Shown here: positions 21,812 through 24,000 of the stretch, piece by piece
How positions within the stretch are numbered: position 1 is the first letter of the stretch
Layout: each line of letters opens with the position of its first letter
Sequence record: MT442039.1
DNA length: 24,000 bases
Direction: 5' to 3' (one strand)
Origin: Vibrio phage vB_ValS_X1
Program-made: the position numbers and the translations under genes
The notes under the pieces: generated by a model
Told to the model about the DNA's origin: nothing
What the model saw: only the letters and a program-made list of their open reading frames with translations
The model's database searches: none

Positions 21812-22300
21812 ATGAGCAAGGCACTTTACGATTTAGTTGACCAAATCTCTGACATGGATGACGAAGTCCATGAAATGCTACCAGGCTATATTAAAGATTT
21901 TAATACTATGCTGCTAGTAGAGCCTATTATGGCTCTGGCAGACACCAAGGCACTAGAGCTTAAGTATCGTAAGCAGCTAGTTTATCTCTTTAGAGAAGAG
22001 CTAGACTCTTGGAACTGCATTCCAGAGTACACTGGAGAGCATCTACTATCTTTCAGTAGAGACCGAGTTTGCTATACCGAAAAGCAGGTTAAGCTGACTA
22101 AGTACGTAGGGGACTGTAAGGAAACCCTGTCAATACCAATCTTTTCGTTCGAGAAGCTGCGTAAGGTACAGGATGCAGCTTATCGCATTGTGAACTCGTT
22201 AAATGCGGAATATGCTACTGAACAGTCTAGTAAGGCCGCTTTGGAGAAAGAAAAACGTCGCCAACAGTTCGAAAAGCTAAAACGAGAATTCGGAGAGTAA
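21812..22300 (+). CDS. Hypothetical protein
   Basis: 162 aa ORF, AAAGGAAAC upstream. Confidence 0.7.
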   Translation: MSKALYDLVDQISDMDDEVHEMLPGYIKDFNTMLLVEPIMALADTKALELKYRKQLVYLFREELDSWNCIPEYTGEHLLSFSRDRVCYTEKQVKLTKYVGDCKETLSIPIFSFEKLRKVQDAAYRIVNSLNAEYATEQSSKAALEKEKRRQQFEKLKREFGE

Positions 22301-22302
22301 CC

Positions 22303-22536
22303 ATGTCAAAAACAGTAATTGATACTGAAACCTTAGAGAAGATTCTGACTCTTGGTAAAGTAGCCTCTCTATTTATGTTGGCTTCCAAAGATATGGTAGC
22401 ACATCACGGAGCAGAGTCCTTGCTCTCCCAAGGAGAGCAGGCTATCAAGGACAGTATGGGTCTTCGTATCTTCACTAAAGAAGAAGTAACCGCATTAGAA
22501 AAGCATTTCGACCTCGGAGCATTCTTCGAGGAATAG
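22303..22536 (+). CDS. Hypothetical protein
   Basis: 77 aa ORF. Confidence 0.6.
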   Translation: MSKTVIDTETLEKILTLGKVASLFMLASKDMVAHHGAESLLSQGEQAIKDSMGLRIFTKEEVTALEKHFDLGAFFEE

Positions 22537-22544
22537 CAGACAAA

Positions 22545-22620
22545 GGGCGATACGCTGAAGACTCGAAGCGCGGGATTGCAAACTCCGTCTTAGTGGGTGG
22601 GAGTCCCACATTGCCCTCCA
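22545..22620 (+). tRNA. tRNA-Cys (GCA), unusual T-loop
   Basis: GGGCGAT/ATTGCCC acceptor, CGGGA-TTGCAAA-CTCCG, T-arm GTGGG-TGGGAGT-CCCAC, UCCA (U73). Confidence 0.82.
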
Positions 22621-22634
22621 AATAAGGTGAGAAA

Positions 22635-22790
22635 ATGCCAAAAAATAGAGCAGAAAAGAACGGTCTAGGAGTATGGGTGTGTAAGCCCGTAAAAGAGGAA
22701 GAAGACTGGTTCTCTAAGCACGATAGCTTTATAAAGGGAGCTATCTTAGGTGCCTCAGTAATGTATATATTAGCCCTATTCCTATTTTAG
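22635..22790 (+). CDS. Small membrane protein (51 aa)
   Basis: MPKNRAEKNGLGVWVCKPVKEEEDWFSKHDSFIKGAILGASVMYILALFLF. Confidence 0.55.
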   Translation: MPKNRAEKNGLGVWVCKPVKEEEDWFSKHDSFIKGAILGASVMYILALFLF

Positions 22791-22812
22791 AAACCACTAT
22801 TTGGAGCACAAA

Positions 22813-23208
22813 ATGAAAGAAGTCATTTTAAAAGCTGGCTATACCCTTAAAATATTGTCTTGGGAGAACGATGCCGACTTCTACAATACTAAAACTTATC
22901 ACGTAGAGGATAAGGATTGGGCTATTATTTTAAAGCATATCTGCGAGAACCTACTATGTTCTCAGTACTCTAGCGACTACGGAGTTGGTAATACCGATAT
23001 CTCTGATAACACCAGCACTGCTAGAATAACTCAGTATTTTGAGACTTACGGTATTCCAGAGCATGTCCCAGAGGACGAACTCTTTGACTGGCTGAACGAT
23101 TTAGCTTACGACTTAGTAGGTAGCTCATACGAGAGTACCTGCATACGGGTTTGCGAATCTTGTACCCTCCTGTACACTCCAGAGGATATTGAAGTAGAAA
23201 CTCTATAA
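22813..23208 (+). CDS. Hypothetical protein
   Basis: TTGGAG upstream of the ATG at 22813; MKEVILKAGYTLKILSWEND... Confidence 0.65.
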   Translation: MKEVILKAGYTLKILSWENDADFYNTKTYHVEDKDWAIILKHICENLLCSQYSSDYGVGNTDISDNTSTARITQYFETYGIPEHVPEDELFDWLNDLAYDLVGSSYESTCIRVCESCTLLYTPEDIEVETL

Positions 23209-23217
23209 CAATCTGCC

Positions 23218-23237
23218 GAAGCCTTTTACTAGGCTTC
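23218..23237 (+). other. Intergenic hairpin
   Basis: GAAGCC-TTTTACTA-GGCTTC. Confidence 0.5.
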
Positions 23238-23339
23238 ACATTTAAGTACTCTCAGATAGGACAGACCGGAAGGCGGAAAGTTCTTGATAGCGACCCAAGC
23301 TGGTTTGTACCCTTTCAGTGCAGCCGGATAAATTTGTAT

Positions 23340-23345
23340 TATAAT
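23340..23345 (+). promoter_or_regulatory. Putative promoter -10
   Basis: TTTGTATTATAATCG upstream of tRNA-His. Confidence 0.45.
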
Positions 23346-23388
23346 CGACTCGGGGAATACAGTTTACCGTTATGGAGAGTACTTAAAT

Positions 23389-23465
23389 GTGGCGTTGGCT
23401 GATGTGTAAATGGCTCCGGGTTGTGATTCCGGAAAATGCGGGTTAGAACCCCGTACGCCACCCCA
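23389..23465 (+). tRNA. tRNA-His (GTG), C73, unusual T-loop
   Basis: GTGGCGT/ACGCCAC acceptor, CCGGG-TTGTGAT-TCCGG, T-arm GCGGG-TTAGAAC-CCCGT, C73-CCA. Confidence 0.85.
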
Positions 23466-23615
23466 AATTATCGCAGTACCGGCTTCTGAACGCTGCTCGA
23501 CAGAACATCGTCGAATAGATAAGGCAAAACGGCGTGAAGTGACTCCACGTAAATCGATTTCTAGGCGTCCGAGTCTATGGTGGTAAATTCCTGTAGTCGA
23601 CGACGGGTTCCACCA
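23466..23615 (+). ncRNA. Possible structured non-coding segment ending in CCACCA
   Basis: GCAG/CTGC, TCGA/TCGA, CGTG/CACG, GGTGG/CCACC pairings; no ORF. Confidence 0.35.
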
Positions 23616-23671
23616 AAATCAACTAATCAACTAACCAACGAACTAATCAAGTTATTTTATGTAGGACTAAT

Positions 23672-23926
23672 ATGTTTTCAATAAAACTATTTCTACCTTC
23701 TGAGAAAGATAAATCCATGTCTGAATCAGCAGGAGTATCCGCAGTTTACTACGCTACTAAGCCGGAGTTTACTCAGGATGACCAATTTGTACACCATGTT
23801 TTTGAGTGCGAAGATGCCAACGGAGGTAAATACTACTGGCCGCTAACCCAAGGTACTAGGGTTTACGTAGAGAACTCAGCAGGTAAAACAATAGCCCATT
23901 TCTATGGTGGTGGCCCTATCGACTAG
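23672..23926 (+). CDS. Hypothetical protein
   Basis: 84 aa ORF; MFSIKLFLPSEKDKSMSESAGV...; an internal start at MSES is possible. Confidence 0.6.
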   Translation: MFSIKLFLPSEKDKSMSESAGVSAVYYATKPEFTQDDQFVHHVFECEDANGGKYYWPLTQGTRVYVENSAGKTIAHFYGGGPID

Positions 23927-23936
23927 GGTACATATT

Positions 23937-23964
23937 AAAACCCTCCGAGGTACTAGAGGGTTTT
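23937..23964 (+). terminator. Terminator-like perfect 9-bp hairpin
   Basis: AAAACCCTC-CGAGGTACTA-GAGGGTTTT. Confidence 0.75.
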
Positions 23965-24000
23965 CACATGTAACCGACTAACTATATTATTTTATAAGGA

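Noticed and set aside
12213-23620. tmRNA
   Set aside because: No plausible tag ORF (AANDENYALAA-like) next to an alanine-type acceptor was found.
1-24000. CRISPR array
   Set aside because: No regularly spaced short identical repeats; the only clear direct repeats are the two imperfect copies at 466-716.

Overview
The window looks like part of a tailed-phage genome. It has three parts. (1) About 1-2200: an intergenic/accessory region with imperfect direct repeats, plus two minus-strand genes, one with a GIY-YIG/T5orf172-like pattern. (2) About 2200-12200: a plus-strand nucleotide-metabolism block: PIN-PhoH, NrdA, NrdB, DHFR, ThyA-like protein, RNase H, a zinc-finger/GIY-YIG-like ORF, a DEDD-type 3'-5' exonuclease and small ORFs. 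The gene order is reminiscent of T5-like phages (inference). (3) About 12200-23620: a very long RNA-gene array. I can fold about 29 tRNA or tRNA-like genes by hand, with anticodons for all 20 standard amino acids including an initiator-like tRNA-Met. Many of these tRNAs are structurally deviant: T-loop position 56 changed together with missing D-loop GG, collapsed D-arms, and Leu tRNAs with short variable loops. The gaps between tRNAs are largely filled by non-coding segments with strong helices. These include a ~1.17 kb ORF-free segment (about 15653-16826) full of UNCG/GNRA-capped hairpins, several 70-350 nt domains closed by 9-15 bp helices, an H-type pseudoknot candidate, and ~78-nt elements with acceptor-like stems and CCA ends but no canonical T-arm. 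Promoter-like TATAAT boxes recur with a conserved AAATTGAGA leader, and some sit between inverted repeats. The best candidate for an undescribed system is the tRNA/structured-RNA array. I cannot tell whether the large RNA is a known family (GOLLD or ROOL RNAs are known to occur near phage tRNA clusters) without covariance-model searches. All structures were folded by eye.
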